A stretch of 64,000 nucleotides of DNA from Auanema rhodensis (taxonomy: Eukaryota > Animalia > Nematoda): positions 10,540,001 through 10,604,000 of the forward strand of contig OZ059895.1 of NCBI GenBank assembly GCA_964057225.1, read 5' to 3'. The notes below the pieces were generated by a model. It saw only the letters and a program-made list of their open reading frames with translations, made no database searches and was not told the origin of the DNA. Positions 47,201 to 61,770 of this stretch are shown here, piece by piece. Positions within the stretch are counted from its first letter, which is position 1; every line of letters begins with the position of its first letter. A program made the translations under genes and the position numbers.

Positions 47201-50200
47201 GTTTTGCGGCTGGTTCAACTTGCTATTTCGTTTGATTTTATGAAAAACCAAATTTTTAAAATGTTTATTTTTAGCCCTAGAAATACGTGCAACATCTTAT
47301 TCATTTCAAAGTTGACTTTTTGATAATATAAATTTGGTTTTGTAAGCATATATCCATAGTAATCATGTTTTGCGGCGGGCTCAACTTGCTATTTCGTTTG
47401 ATTTTATGAAAAACCAAATTTTTAAAATGTTTATTTTTAGCCCTAGAAATACGTGCAACATCTTATTCATTTCAAAGTTGACTTTTTGATAATATAAATT
47501 TGGTTTTGTAAGCATATATCAATAGTAATCATGTTTTGCGGCGGGCTCAACTTGCTATTTCGTTTGATTTTTATGAAAAATTAAATATTCTAAAAATTTT
47601 ATTTCTTGTCGGAGAAGTACGTGCTACATCTCATTTAAGTAAGACTTAGTTGATTGAGAAGGCAAAACAAATTTTGTTAGCACAGAACCATATTAATCAT
47701 ATTTTCCGGCGGGCTCAAGTTGCTATTTTGTTCGATTTTCATGAAAAAATAAAAATTTTAAAATGTTTATTTTTAGCCCTAGAAATACGTGCAACATCTT
47801 ATTATCTAAGAAAATTTGAAAATTAAATAATTGAAAAAGTAAAACAGATTTTGTTAGCACAGAAACATATTAATCATATTTTAAGGCGGGCTCAAGTTGC
47901 TATTTTGTTCGATTTTCATGAAAAAATAAAAATTTTAAAATGTTTATTTTTAGCCCTAGAAATACGTGCAACATCTTACTCAACTCAAAATCAACTGTTT
48001 AATAATATAATTTAGGTTTTGTGAGCATATATCCATAGCAATCATGTTTTGCGGCGGGTTCAACTTGCTATTTCGTTTGATTTTTATGAAAAACTAAATA
48101 TTCTAAAAATTTTATTTCTTGTTCTAGAAATACGTGCTACATCTCATTAAACTAAGAATTAGTTGATTGAGGAGGCAAAACAAATTTTGTTAGCACAGAA
48201 CCATATTAATCATATTTTAAGGCGCGCTCAAGTTGCTATTTTGTTCGATTTTCATAAAAAAATAAAAATTTTAAAATGTTTATTTTTAGCCCTAGAAATA
48301 CGTGCAACATCTTACTCAACTCAAAATCAACTGTTTAATAATATAATTTAGGTTTTGTGAGCATATATCCATAGCAATCATGTTTTGCGGCGGGTTCAAC
48401 TTGCTATTTCGTTTGATTTTTATGAAAAATTAAATATTCTAAAAATTTTATTTCTTGTCCTAGAAATACGTGCTACATCTCATTAAACTAAGAATTAGTT
48501 GATTGAGGAGGCAAAACAAATTTTGTTAGCACAGAACCATATTAATCATATTTTAAGGCGCGCTCAAGTTGCTATTTTGTTCGATTTTCATGAAAAAATA
48601 AAAATTTTAAAATGTTTATTTTTAGCCCTAGAAATACGTGCAACATCTTATTATCTAAGAGAATTTGAAAATTAAAAAATTGAAAAAGTAAAACAGATTT
48701 TGTTAGCACAGAAACATATTAATCATATTTTAAGGCGGGCTCAAGTTGCTATTTTGTTCGATTTTCATAAAAAAATAAAAATTTTAAAATGTTTATTTTT
48801 AGCCCTAGAAATACGTGCAACATCTTACTCAACTCAAAATCAACTGTTTGATAATATAAACTAGGTTTTGTGAGCATATATCCATAGTAATCATGTTTTG
48901 CGGCGGGTTCAACTTGCTATTTCGTTTGATTTTTATGAAAAATTAAATATTCTAAAAATTTTATTTCTTGTCCTAGAAATACGTGCTACATCTCATTAAA
49001 CTAAGAATTAGTTGATTGAAAAGGCAAAACAAATTTTGTTAGCACAGAACCATATTAATCATATTTTCCGGCGGGCTCAAGTTGCTATTTTGTTCGATTT
49101 TCATGAAAAAATAAAAATTTTAAAATGTTTATTTTTAGCCCTAGAAATACGTGCAACATCTTATTATCTAAGAAAATTTGAAAATTAAATAATTGAAAAA
49201 GTAAAACAGATTTTGTTAGCACAGAAACATATTAATCATATTTTAAGGCGGGCTCAAGTTGCTATTTTGTTCGATTTTCATGAAAAAATAAAAATTTTAA
49301 AATGTTTATTTTTAGCCCTAGAAATACGTGCAACATCTTATTATCTAAGAAAATTTGAAAATTAAATAATTGAAAAAGTAAAACAGATTTTGTAAGCATA
49401 TATCCATAGTAATCATGTTTTGCGGCGGGCTCTACTTGCTATTTCGTTTGATTTTCATGAAAAATTAAATATTCTAAAAATTTTATTTCTTGTCCTAGAA
49501 CTACGTGCTACATCTCATTAAACTGAGAATTAGTTGATTGAAGAAGCAAAACAAATTTTGTTAGCACAGAACCATATTAATCATATTTTACGGCGGGCTC
49601 AAGTTGCTATTTTGTTCGATTTTTATGAAAAATTAAAAATTTTAAAATGTTTATTTTTAGCCCTAGAAATACGTGCAACACCTTATTAAACTCAAAATCG
49701 ACTGTTTGATAATTTAAATTTGGTTTTGTAAGCATATATCCATAGTAATCATGTTTTGCGGCGGGCTCAACTTGCTATTTCGTTTGATTTTCATGAAAAA
49801 TTAAATATTCTAAAAATTTTATTTTTTGTCCTAGAACTACGTGCTACATCTCATTAAACTAAGAATTAGTTGATTGAAGAAGCAAAACAAATTTTGTTAG
49901 CACAGAACCATATTAATCTTATTTTACGGCGGGCTCAAGTTGCTATTTTGTTCGATTTTTATGAAAAATTAAAAATTTTTAAATGTTTATTTTTAGCCCT
50001 AGAAATACGTGCAACATCTTATTAAACTCAAAATCGACTGTTTGATATTTTAAATTTAGTTTCGTAAGCATATATCCATAGTAATCATGTTTTGCGGCGG
50101 GCTCTACTTGCTATTTCGTTTGATTTTCATGAAAAATTAAATATTCTAAAAATTTTATTTCTTGTCCTAGAACTACGTGCTACATCTCATTAAACTAAGA

Positions 50201-50834
50201 ATTAGTTAATTAAAGAGCTAAAACAAATTTTGTTAGCACAGAACCATATTAATCATATTTTCCGGCGCGCTCAAATTGCTATTTTGTTCGATTTTTATGA
50301 AAAATTAAAAATTTTAAAATGTTTATTTTTAGCCCTAGAAATACGTACATCATCTTATTCAACTCAAAATCGATTGTTTGATAATTTAAATTTGGTTTTG
50401 TAAGCATATATCCATAGTAATCATGTTTTGCGGCTGGTTCAACTTGCTATTTCGTTTGATTTTATGAAAAACCAAATTTTTAAAATGTTTATTTTTAGCC
50501 CTAGAAATACGTGCAACATCTTATTCATTTCAAAGTTGACTTTTTGATAATATAAATTTGGTTTTGTAAGCATATATCCATAGTAATCATGTTTTGCGGC
50601 GGGCTCAACTTGCTATTTCGTTTGATTTTATGAAAAACCAAATTTTTAAAATGTTTATTTTTAGCCCTAGAAATACGTGCAACATCTTATTCATTTCAAA
50701 GTTGACTTTTTGATAATATAAATTTGGTTTTGTAAGCATATATCAATAGTAATCATGTTTTGCGGCGGGCTCAACTTGCTATTTCGTTTGATTTTTATGA
50801 AAAATTAAATATTCTAAAAATTTTATTTCTTGTC
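44240..50834 (+). repeat. About 3.4-kb tandem duplication spanning the subfamily boundary; second copy lacks one 177-bp monomer
   Basis: GAAAAACTAAAT/GTTCTAG at 44691/48094 (+3403). Hybrid junction GATTTTGTAAGC at 46161/49386 (+3225 = 3403 - 177 - 1). Confidence 0.85.
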
Positions 50835-53800
50835 CTAGAACTACGTGCTACATCTCATTAAACTAAGAATTAGTTAATTAAAGAGCTAAAACAAATTTTG
50901 TTAGCACAGAACCATATTAATCATATTTTCCGGCGGGCTCAAGTTGCTATTTTGTTCGATTTTTATGAAAAATTAAAAATTTTAAAATGTTTATTTTTAG
51001 CCCTAGAAATACGTGCAACACCTTATTAAACTCAAAATCGACTGTTTGATAATTTAAATTTGGTTTTGTAAGCATATATCCATAGTAATCATGTTTTGCG
51101 GCGGGCTCAACTTGCTATTTCGTTTGATTTTTATGAAAAATTAAATATTCTAAAAATTTTATTTCTTGTCCTAGAAATACGTGCTACATCTCATTAAACT
51201 AAGAATTAGTTGATTGAAAAGGCAAAACAAATTTGTTAACACAGAACCATATTAATCATATTTTCCGGCGGGCTAAAGTTGCTATTTTGTTCGATTTTCA
51301 TGAAAAAATAAAAATTTTAAAATGTTTATTTTTAGCCTCAGAAATACGTGCAACATCTTATTATCTAAGAAAATTTGAAAATTAAATAATTGAAAAAGTA
51401 AAACCGATTTTGTTAGCCCAGAAACATATTAATCATATTTTATATTTTACGGCGGGCTCAAGTTGCTATTTTGTTCGATTTTCATGAAAAAATAAAAATT
51501 TTAAAATGTTTATTTTTAGCCCTAGAAATACGTGCAACATCTTATTCATTTCAAAGTTGACTTTTTGATAATATAAATTTGGTTTTATAAGCATATATCA
51601 ATAGTAATCATGTTTTGCGGCGGGTTCCACTTGCTATTTCGTTTGATTTTTATGAAAAATTAAATATTCTAAAAATTTTATTTCTTGTCCGAGAAGTACG
51701 TGCTACATCTCATTTAAGTAAGACTTAGTTGATTGAGAAGGCAAAACAAATTTTGTTAGCACAGAACCATATTAATCATATTTTCCGGCGGGCTAAAGTT
51801 GCTATTTTGTTCGATTTTCATGAAAAAATAAAAATTTTAAAATGTTTATTTTTAGCCTCAGAAATACGTGCAACATCTTATTATCTAAGAAAATTTGAAA
51901 ATTAAATAATTGAAAAAGTAAAACCGATTTTGTTAGCCCAGAAACATATTAATCATATTTTATATTTTACGGCGGGCTCAAGTTGCTATTTTGTTCGATT
52001 TTCATGAAAAAATAAAAATTTTAAAATGTTTATTTTTAGCCCTAGAAATACGTGCAACACCTTATTAAACTCAAAATCGACTGTTTGATAATTTAAATTT
52101 GGTTTTGTAAGCATATATCCATAGTAATCATGTTTTGCGGCGGGCTCAACTTGCTATTTCGTTTGATTTTCATGAAAAATTAAATATTCTAAAAATTTTA
52201 TTTCTTGTCCTAGAACTACGTGCTACATCTCATTAAACTAAGAATTAGTTGATTGAAGAAGCAAAACAAATTTTGTTAGCACAGAACCATATTAATCATA
52301 TTTTCCGGCGCGCTCAAGTTGCTATTTTGTTCGATTTTTATGAAAAATAAAAATGTTTAAAATGTTTATTTTTAGCCCTAGAAATACGTGCATCATCATA
52401 TTCAACTTAAAATCGACTGTTTGATAATTTAAATTTGGTTTTGTAAGCATATATCCATAGTAATCATGTTTTGCGGCGGGCTCTACTTGCTATTTCGTTT
52501 GATTTTCATGAAAAATTAAATATTCTAAAAATATTATTTCTTGTCCTAGAACTACGTGCTACATCTCATTAAACTAAGAATTAGTTAATTAAAGAGCTAA
52601 AACAAATTTTGTTAGCACAGAACCATATTAATCATATTTTACGGCGGGCTCAAGTTGCTATTTTGTTCGATTTTTATGAAAAATTAAAAATTTTAAAATG
52701 TTTATTTTTAGCCCTAAAAATACGTGCAACACCTTATTAAACTCAAAATCGACTGTTTGATAATTTAAATTTGGTTTTGTAAGCATATATCCATAGTAAT
52801 CATGTTTTGCGGCGGGCTCAACTTGCTATTTCGTTTGATTTTCATGAAAAATTAAATATTCTAAAAATTTTATTTCTTGTCCTAGAACTACGTGCTACAT
52901 CTCATTAAACTGAGAATTAGTTGATTGAAGAAGCAAAACAAATTTTGTTAGCACAGAACCATATTAATCATATTTTACGGCGGGCTCAAGTTGCTATTTT
53001 GTTCGATTTTTATGAAAAATTAAAAATTTTAAAATGTTTATTTTTAGCCCTAGAAATACGTGCAACACCTTATTAAACTCAAAATCGACTGTTTGATAAT
53101 TTAAATTTGGTTTTGTAAGCATATATCCATAGTAATCATGTTTTGCGGCGGGCTCAACTTGCTATTTCGTTTGATTTTCATGAAAAATTAAATATTCTAA
53201 AAATTTTATTTCTTGTCCTAGAACTACGTGCTACATCTCATTAAACTAAGAATTAGTTGATTGAAGAAGCAAAACAAATTTTGTTAGCACAGAACCATAT
53301 TAATCATATTTTACGGCGGGCTCAAGTTGCTATTTTGTTCGATTTTTATGAAAAATTAAAAATTTTTAAATGTTTATTTTTAGCCCTAGAAATACGTGCA
53401 ACATCTTATTAAACTCAAAATCGACTGTTTGATATTTTAAATTTGGTTTCGTAAGCATATATCCATAGTAATCATGTTTTGCGGCGGGCTCTACTTGCTA
53501 TTTCGTTTGATTTTCATGAAAAATTAAATATTCTAAAAATTTTATTTCTTGTCCTAGAACTACGTGCTACATCTCATTAAACTAAGAATTAGTTAATTAA
53601 AGAGCTAAAACAAATTTTGTTAGCACAGAACCATATTAATCATATTTTCCGGCGCGCTCAAATTGCTATTTTGTTCGATTTTTATGAAAAATTAAAAATT
53701 TTAAAATGTTTATTTTTTAGCAATAGAAATACGTACATCATCTTATTCAACTCAAAATCGATTGTTTGATAATATAAATTAGGTTTTGTAAGCATATATC

Positions 53801-56800
53801 CATAGTAATCATGTTTTGCGGCGGGCTCAACTTGCTATTTCGTTTGATTTTCATGAAAAATTAAATATTCTAAAAATTTTATTTCTTGTCCTAGAACTAC
53901 GTGCTACATCTCATTAAACTAAGAATTAGTTGATTGAAGAAGCAAAACAAATTTTGTTAGCACAGAACCATATTAATCATATTTTACGGCGCGCTCAACT
54001 TGCTATTTCGTTTGATTTTATGAAAAACCAAATTTTTAAAATGTTTATTTTTAGCCCTAGAAATACGTGCAACATCTTATTCATTTCAAAGTTGACTTTT
54101 TGATAATATAAATTTGGTTTTGTAAGCATATATCAATAGTAATCATGTTTTGCGGCGGGTTCCACTTGCTATTTCGTTTGATTTTTATGAAAAATTAAAT
54201 ATTCTAAAAATTTTATTTCTTGTCCGAGAAGTACGTGCTACATCTCATTTAAGGAAGACTTAGTTGATTGAGAAGGCAAAACAAATTTTGTTAGCACAGA
54301 ACCATATTAATCATATTTTCCGGCGGGCTCAAGTTGCTATTTTGTTCGATTTTTATGAAAAATTAAAAATTTTTAAATGTTTATTTTTAGCCCTAGAAAT
54401 ACGTGCAACACCTTATTAAACTCAAAATCGACTGTTTGATAATTTAAATTTGGTTTTGTAAGCATATATCCATAGTAATCATGTTTTGCGGCGGGCTCTA
54501 CTTGCTATTTCGTTTGATTTTCATGAAAAATTAAATATTCTAAAAATTTTATTTCTTGTCCTAGAACTACGTGCTACATCTCATTAAACTAAGAATTAGT
54601 TGATTGAAGAAGCAAAACAAATTTTGTTAGCACAGAACCATATTAATCATATTTTACGGCGCGCTCAAGTTGCTATTTTGTTCGATTTTTATGAAAAATA
54701 AAAAAGTTTAAAATGTTTATTTTTAGCCCTAGAAATACGTGCATCATCATATTCAACTTAAAATCGACTGTTTGATAATTTAAATTTGGTTTTGTAAGCA
54801 TATATCCATAGTAATCATGTTTTGCGGCGGGCTCTACTTGCTATTTCGTTTGATTTTTATGAAAAATTAAATATTCTAAAAATATTATTTTTTGTCCTAG
54901 AACTACGTGCTACATCTCATTAAACTAAGAATTAGTTAATTAAAGAGCTAAAACAAATTTTGTTAGCACAGAACCATATTAATCATATTTTACGGCGGGC
55001 TCAAGTTGCTATTTTGTTCGATTTTTATGAAAAATTAAAAATTTTTAAATGTTTATTTTTAGCCCTAGAAATACGTGCAACATCTTATTAAACTCAAAAT
55101 CGACTGTTTGATATTTTAAATTTGGTTTCGTAAGCATATATCCATAGTAATCATGTTTTGCGGCGGGCTCTACTTGCTATTTCGTTTGATTTTCATGAAA
55201 AATTAAATATTCTAAAAATTTTATTTCTTGTCCTAGAACTACGTGCTACATCTCATTAAACTAAGAATTAGTTAATTAAAGAGCTAAAACAAATTTTGTT
55301 AGCACAGAACCATATTAATCATATTTTCCGGCGCGCTCAAATTGCTATTTTGTTCGATTTTTATGAAAAATTAAAAATTTTAAAATGTTTATTTTTTAGC
55401 AATAGAAATACGTACATCATCTTATTCAACTCAAAATCGATTGTTTGATAATATAAATTAGGTTTTGTAAGCATATATCCATAGTAATCATGTTTTGCGG
55501 CTGGTTCAACTTGCTATTTCGTTTGATTTTATGAAAAACCAAATTTTTAAAATGTTTATTTTTAGCCCTAGAAATACGTGCAACATCTTATTCATTTCAA
55601 AGTTGACTTTTTGATAATATAAATTTGGTTTTGTAAACATATATCCATAGTAATCATGTTTTGCGGCGGGCTCAACTTGCTATTTCGTTTGATTTTATGA
55701 AAAACCAAATTTTTAAAATGTTTATTTTTAGCCCTAGAAATACGTGCAACATCTTATTCATTTCAAAGTTGACTTTTTGATAATATAATTTTGGTTTTGT
55801 GAGCATATATCAATAGTAATCATGTTTTGCGGCGGGCTCAACTTGCTATTTCGTTTAATTTTTATGAAAAATTAAATATTCTAAAAATTTTATTTCTTGT
55901 CGGAGAAGTACGTGCTACATCTCATTTAAGTAAGACTTAGTTGATTGAGAAGGCAAAACAAATTTTGTTAGCACAGAACCATATTAATCATATTTTCCGG
56001 CGGGCTCAAGTTGCTATTTTGTTCGATTTTTATGAAAAATTAAAAATTTTTAAATGTTTATTTTTAGCCCTAGAAATACGTGCAACATCTTATTAAACTC
56101 AAAATCGACTGTTTGATAATTTAAATTTGGTTTTGTAAGCATATATCCATAGTAATCATGTTTTGCGGCGGGCTCAACTTGCTATTTCGTTTGATTTTCA
56201 TGAAAAATTAAATATTCTAAAAATTTTATTTCTTGTCCTAGAACTACGTGCTACATCTCATTAAACTAAGAATTAGTTAATTAAAGAGCTAAAACAAATT
56301 TTGTTAGCACAGAACCATATTAATCATATTTTACGGCGGGCTCAAGTTGCTATTTTGTTCGATTTTTATGAAAAATTAAAAATTTTAAAATGTTTATTTT
56401 TAGCCCTAGAAATACGTGCAACACCTTATTAAACTCAAAATCGACTGTTTGATAATTTAAATTTGGTTTTGTAAGCATATATCCATAGTAATCATGTTTT
56501 GCGGCGGGCTCAACTTGCTATTTCGTTTGATTTTCATGAAAAATTAAATATTCTAAAAATTTTATTTCTTGTCCTAGAACTACGTGCTACATCTCATTAA
56601 ACTAAGAATTAGTTGATTGAAGAAGCAAAACAAATTTTGTTAGCACAGAACCATATTAATCATATTTTACGGCGCGCTCAAGTTGCTATTTTGTTCGATT
56701 TTTATGAAAAATAAAAAAGTTTAAAATGTTTATTTTTAGCCCTAGAAATACGTGCATCATCATATTCAACTTAAAATCGACTGTTTGATAATATAAATTA

Positions 56801-59089
56801 GGTTTTGTAAGTATATATCAATAGTAATCATGTTTTGCGGCGGGTTCCACTTGCTATTTCGTTTGATTTTTATGAAAAATTAAATATTCTAAAAATTTTA
56901 TTTCTTGTCCGAGAAGTACGTGCTACATCTCATTTAAGAAAGACTTAGTTGATTGAGAAGGCAAAACAAATTTTGTTAGCACAGAACCATATTAATCATA
57001 TTTTCCGGCGCGCTCAAATTGCTATTTTGTTCGATTTTTATGAAAAATTAAAAATTTTAAAATGTTTATTTTTTAGCAATAGAAATACGTGCATCATCTT
57101 ATTCAACTCAAAATCGATTGTTTGATAATATAAATTAGGTTTTGTAAGCATATATCCATAGTAATCATGTTTTGCGGCTGGTTCAACTTGCTATTTCGTT
57201 TGATTTTATGAAAAACCAAATTTTCAAAATGTTTATTTTTAGCCCTAGAAATACGTGCAACATCTTATTCATTTCAAAGTTGACTTTTTGATAATATAAA
57301 TTTGGTTTTGTAAGCATATATCCATAGTAATCATGTTTTGCGGCGGGCTCAACTTGCTATTTCGTTTGATTTTATGAAAAACCAAATTTTCAAAATGTTT
57401 ATTTTTAGCCCTAGAAATACGTGCAACATCTTTTTCATTTCAAAGTTGACTTTTTGATAATATAAATTTGGTTTTGTAAGCATATATCCATAGTAATCAT
57501 GTTTTGCGGCGGGCTCAACTTGCTATTTCGTTTGATTTTCATGAAAAATTAAATATTCTAAAAATTTTATTTCTTGTCCTAGAACTACGTGCTACATCTC
57601 ATTAAACTAAGAATTAGTTGATTGAAGAAGCAAAACAAATTTTGTTAGCACAGAACCATATTAATCATATTTTACGGCGCGCTCAAGTTGCTATTTTGTT
57701 CGATTTTTATGAAAAATAAAAAAGTTTAAAATGTTTATTTTTAGCCCTAGAAATACGTGCATCATCATATTCAACTTAAAATCGACTGTTTGATAATATA
57801 AATTAGGTTTTGTAAGTATATATCAATAGTTATCATGTTTTGCGGCGGGTTCCACTTGCTATTTCGTTTGATTTTTATGAAAAATTAAATATTCTAAAAA
57901 TTTTATTTCTTGTCCGAGAAGTACGTGCTCTATCTCATTTAAGTAAGACTTAGTTGATTGAGAAGGCAAAACAAATTTTGTTAGCACAGAACCATATTAA
58001 TCATATTTTCCGGCGCGCTCAAATTGCTATTTTGTTCGATTTTTATGAAAAATTAAAAATTTTAAAATGTTTATTTTTTAGCAATAGAAATACGTGCATC
58101 ATCTTATTCAACTCAAAATCGACTGTTTGATAATATAAATTAGGTTTTGTAAGCATATATCCATAGTAATCATGTTTTGCGGCTGGTTCAACTTGCTATT
58201 TCGTTTGATTTTATGAAAAACCAAATTTTTAAAATGTTTATTTTTAGCCCTAGAAATACGTGCTACATCTCATTAAACTAAGAATTAGTTAATTAAAGAG
58301 CTAAAACAAATTTTTTTAGCACAGAACCATATTAATCATATTTTCCGGCGGGCTCAAGTTGCTATTTTGTTCGATTTTTATGAAAAATTAAAAATTTTTA
58401 AATGTTTATTTTTAGCCCTAGAAATACGTGCAACATCTTATTAAACTCAAAATCGACTGTTTGATAATTTAAATTTGGTTTTGTAAGCATATATCCATAG
58501 CAATCATGTTTTGCGGCGGGTTCAACTTGCTATTTCGTTTGATTTTCATGAAAAATTAAATATTCTAAAAATATTATTTCTTGTCCTAGAACTACGTGCT
58601 ACATCTCATTAAACTAAGAATTAGTTAATTAAAGAGCTAAAACAAATTTTTTCAGCACAGAACCATATTAATCATATTTTACGGCGGGCTCAAGTTGCTA
58701 TTTTGTTCGATTTTTATGAAAAATTAAAAATTTTTAAATGTTTATTTTTAGCCCTAGAAATACGTGCAACATCTTATTAAACTCAAAATCGACTGTTTGA
58801 TAATTTAAATTTGGTTTTGTAAGCATATATCCATAGCAATCATGTTTTGCGGCGGGTTCAACTTGCTATTTCGTTTGATTTTCATGAAAAATTAAATATT
58901 CTAAAAATATTATTTCTTGTCCTAGAACTACGTGCTACATCTCATTAAACTAAGAATTAGTTAATTAAAGAGCTAAAACAAATTTTGTTAGCACAGAACC
59001 ATATTAATCATATTTTACGGCGGGCTCAAGTTGCTATTTTGTTCGATTTTTATGAAAAATTAAAAATTTTAAAATGTTTATTTTTAGCC

Positions 59090-61770
59090 CTAGAAATACG
59101 TGCAACACCTTATTAAACTCAAAATCGACTGTTTGATAATTTAAATTTGGTTTTGTAAGCATATATCCATAGTAATCATGTTTTGCGGCGGGCTCAACTT
59201 GCTATTTCGTTTGATTTTCATGAAAAATTAAATATTCTAAAAATTTTATTTCTTGTCCTAGAACTACGTGCTACATCTCATTAAACTAAGAATTAGTTGA
59301 TTGAAAAAGCAAAACAAATTTTGTTAGCACAGAACCATATTAATCATATTTTACGGCGCGCTCAAGTTGCTATTTTGTTCGATTTTTATGAAAAATAAAA
59401 AAGTTTAAAATGTTTATTTTTAGCCCTAGAAATACGTGCATCATCATATTCAACTTAAAATCGACTGTTTGATAATATAAATTAGGTTTTGTAAGTATAT
59501 ATCAATAGTAATCATGTTTTGCGGCGGGTTCCACTTGCTATTTCGTTTGATTTTTATGAAAAATTAAATATTCTAAAAATTTTATTTCTTGTCCGAGAAG
59601 TACGTGCTACATTTCATTAAACTAAGAATTAGTTAATTAAAGAGCTAAAACAAATTTTGTTAGCACAGAACCATATTAATCATATTTTCCGGCGCGCTCA
59701 AATTGCTATTTTGTTCGATTTTTATGAAAAATTAAAAATTTTAAAATGTTTATTTTTTAGCAATAGAAATACGTACATCATCTTATTCAACTCAAAATCG
59801 ATTGTTTGATAATATAAATTAGGTTTTGTAAGCATATATCCATAGTAATCATGTTTTGCGGCTGGTTCAACTTGCTATTTCGTTTGATTTTATGAAAAAC
59901 CAAATTTTTAAAATGTTTATTTTTAGCCCTAGAAATACGTGCAACATCTTATTCATTTCAAAGTTGACTTTTTGATAATATAAATTTGGTTTTGTAAGCA
60001 TATATCCATAGTAATCATGTTTTGCGGCGGGCTCAACTTGCTATTTCGTTTGATTTTATGAAAAACCAAATTTTTAAAATGTTTATTTTTAGCCCTAGAA
60101 ATACGTGCAACATCTTATTCATTTCAAAGTTGACTTTTTGATAATATAAATTTGGTTTTGTAAGCATATATCCATAGTAATCATGTTTTGCGGCGGGCTC
60201 AACTTGCTATTTCGTTTGATTTTCATGAAAAATTAAATATTCTAAAAATTTTATTTCTTGTCCTAGAACTACGTGCTACATCTCATTAAACTAAGAATTA
60301 GTTGATTGAAGAAGCAAAACAAATTTTGTTAGCACAGAACCATATTAATCATATTTTACGGCGCGCTCAAGTTGCTATTTTGTTCGATTTTTATGAAAAA
60401 TAAAAAAGTTTAAAATGTTTATTTTTAGCCCTAGAAATACGTGCAACACCTTATTAAACTCAAAATCGACTGTTTGATAATTTAAATTTGGTTTTGTAAG
60501 CATATATCCATAGTAATCATGTTTTGCGGCGGGCTCAACTTGCTATTTCGTTTGATTTTCATGAAAAATTAAATATTCTAAAATTTTTATTTCTTGTCCT
60601 AGAACTACGTGCTACATCTCATTAAACTAAGAATTAGTTGATTGAAAAAGCAAAACAAATTTTGTTAGCACAGAACCATATTAATCATATTTTACGGCGC
60701 GCTCAAGTTGCTATTTTGTTCGATTTTTATGAAAAATAAAAAAGTTTAAAATGTTTATTTTTAGCCCTAGAAATACGTGCATCATCATATTCAACTTAAA
60801 ATCGACTGTTTGATAATATAAATTAGGTTTTGTAAGTATATATCAATAGTAATCATGTTTTGCGGCGGGTTCCACTTGCTATTTCGTTTGATTTTTATGA
60901 AAAATTAAATATTCTAAAAATTTTATTTCTTGTCCGAGAAGTACGTGCTACATTTCATTAAACTAAGAATTAGTTAATTAAAGAGCTAAAACAAATTTTG
61001 TTAGCACAGAACCATATTAATCATATTTTCCGGCGCGCTCAAATTGCTATTTTGTTCGATTTTTATGAAAAATTAAAAATTTTAAAATGTTTATTTTTTA
61101 GCAATAGAAATACGTACATCATCTTATTCAACTCAAAATCGATTGTTTGATAATATAAATTAGGTTTTGTAAGCATATATCCATAGTAATCATGTTTTGC
61201 GGCTGGTTCAACTTGCTATTTCGTTTGATTTTATGAAAAACCAAATTTTTAAAATGTTTATTTTTAGCCCTAGAAATACGTGCAACATCTTATTCATTTC
61301 AAAGTTGACTTTTTGATAATATAAATTTGGTTTTGTAAGCATATATCCATAGTAATCATGTTTTGCGGCGGGCTCAACTTGCTATTTCGTTTGATTTTAT
61401 GAAAAACCAAATTTTTAAAATGTTTATTTTTAGCCCTAGAAATACGTGCAACATCTTATTCATTTCAAAGTTGACTTTTTGATAATATAAATTTGGTTTT
61501 GTAAGCATATATCCATAGTAATCATGTTTTGCGGCGGGCTCAACTTGCTATTTCGTTTGATTTTCATGAAAAATTAAATATTCTAAAAATTTTATTTCTT
61601 GTCCTAGAACTACGTGCTACATCTCATTAAACTAAGAATTAGTTGATTGAAGAAGCAAAACAAATTTTGTTAGCACAGAACCATATTAATCATATTTTAC
61701 GGCGCGCTCAAGTTGCTATTTTGTTCGATTTTTATGAAAAATAAAAAAGTTTAAAATGTTTATTTTTAGC
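59090..61770 (+). repeat. Tandem duplication, period 1341 bp (8 monomers: 5x168 + 169 + 2x166)
   Basis: Private variant CTACATTTCATT (ATTTC at 59611/60952) with the same monomer order in both copies. Confidence 0.82.

Noticed and set aside
308-48351. About 30 near-identical 62-aa ORFs (MIEKVKQILLAQ...) as a tandem gene family
   Set aside because: They are chance stop-free frames across satellite monomers. Many start at TTG, equivalent copies carry stops or frameshifts, and there is no recognisable domain or gene structure.
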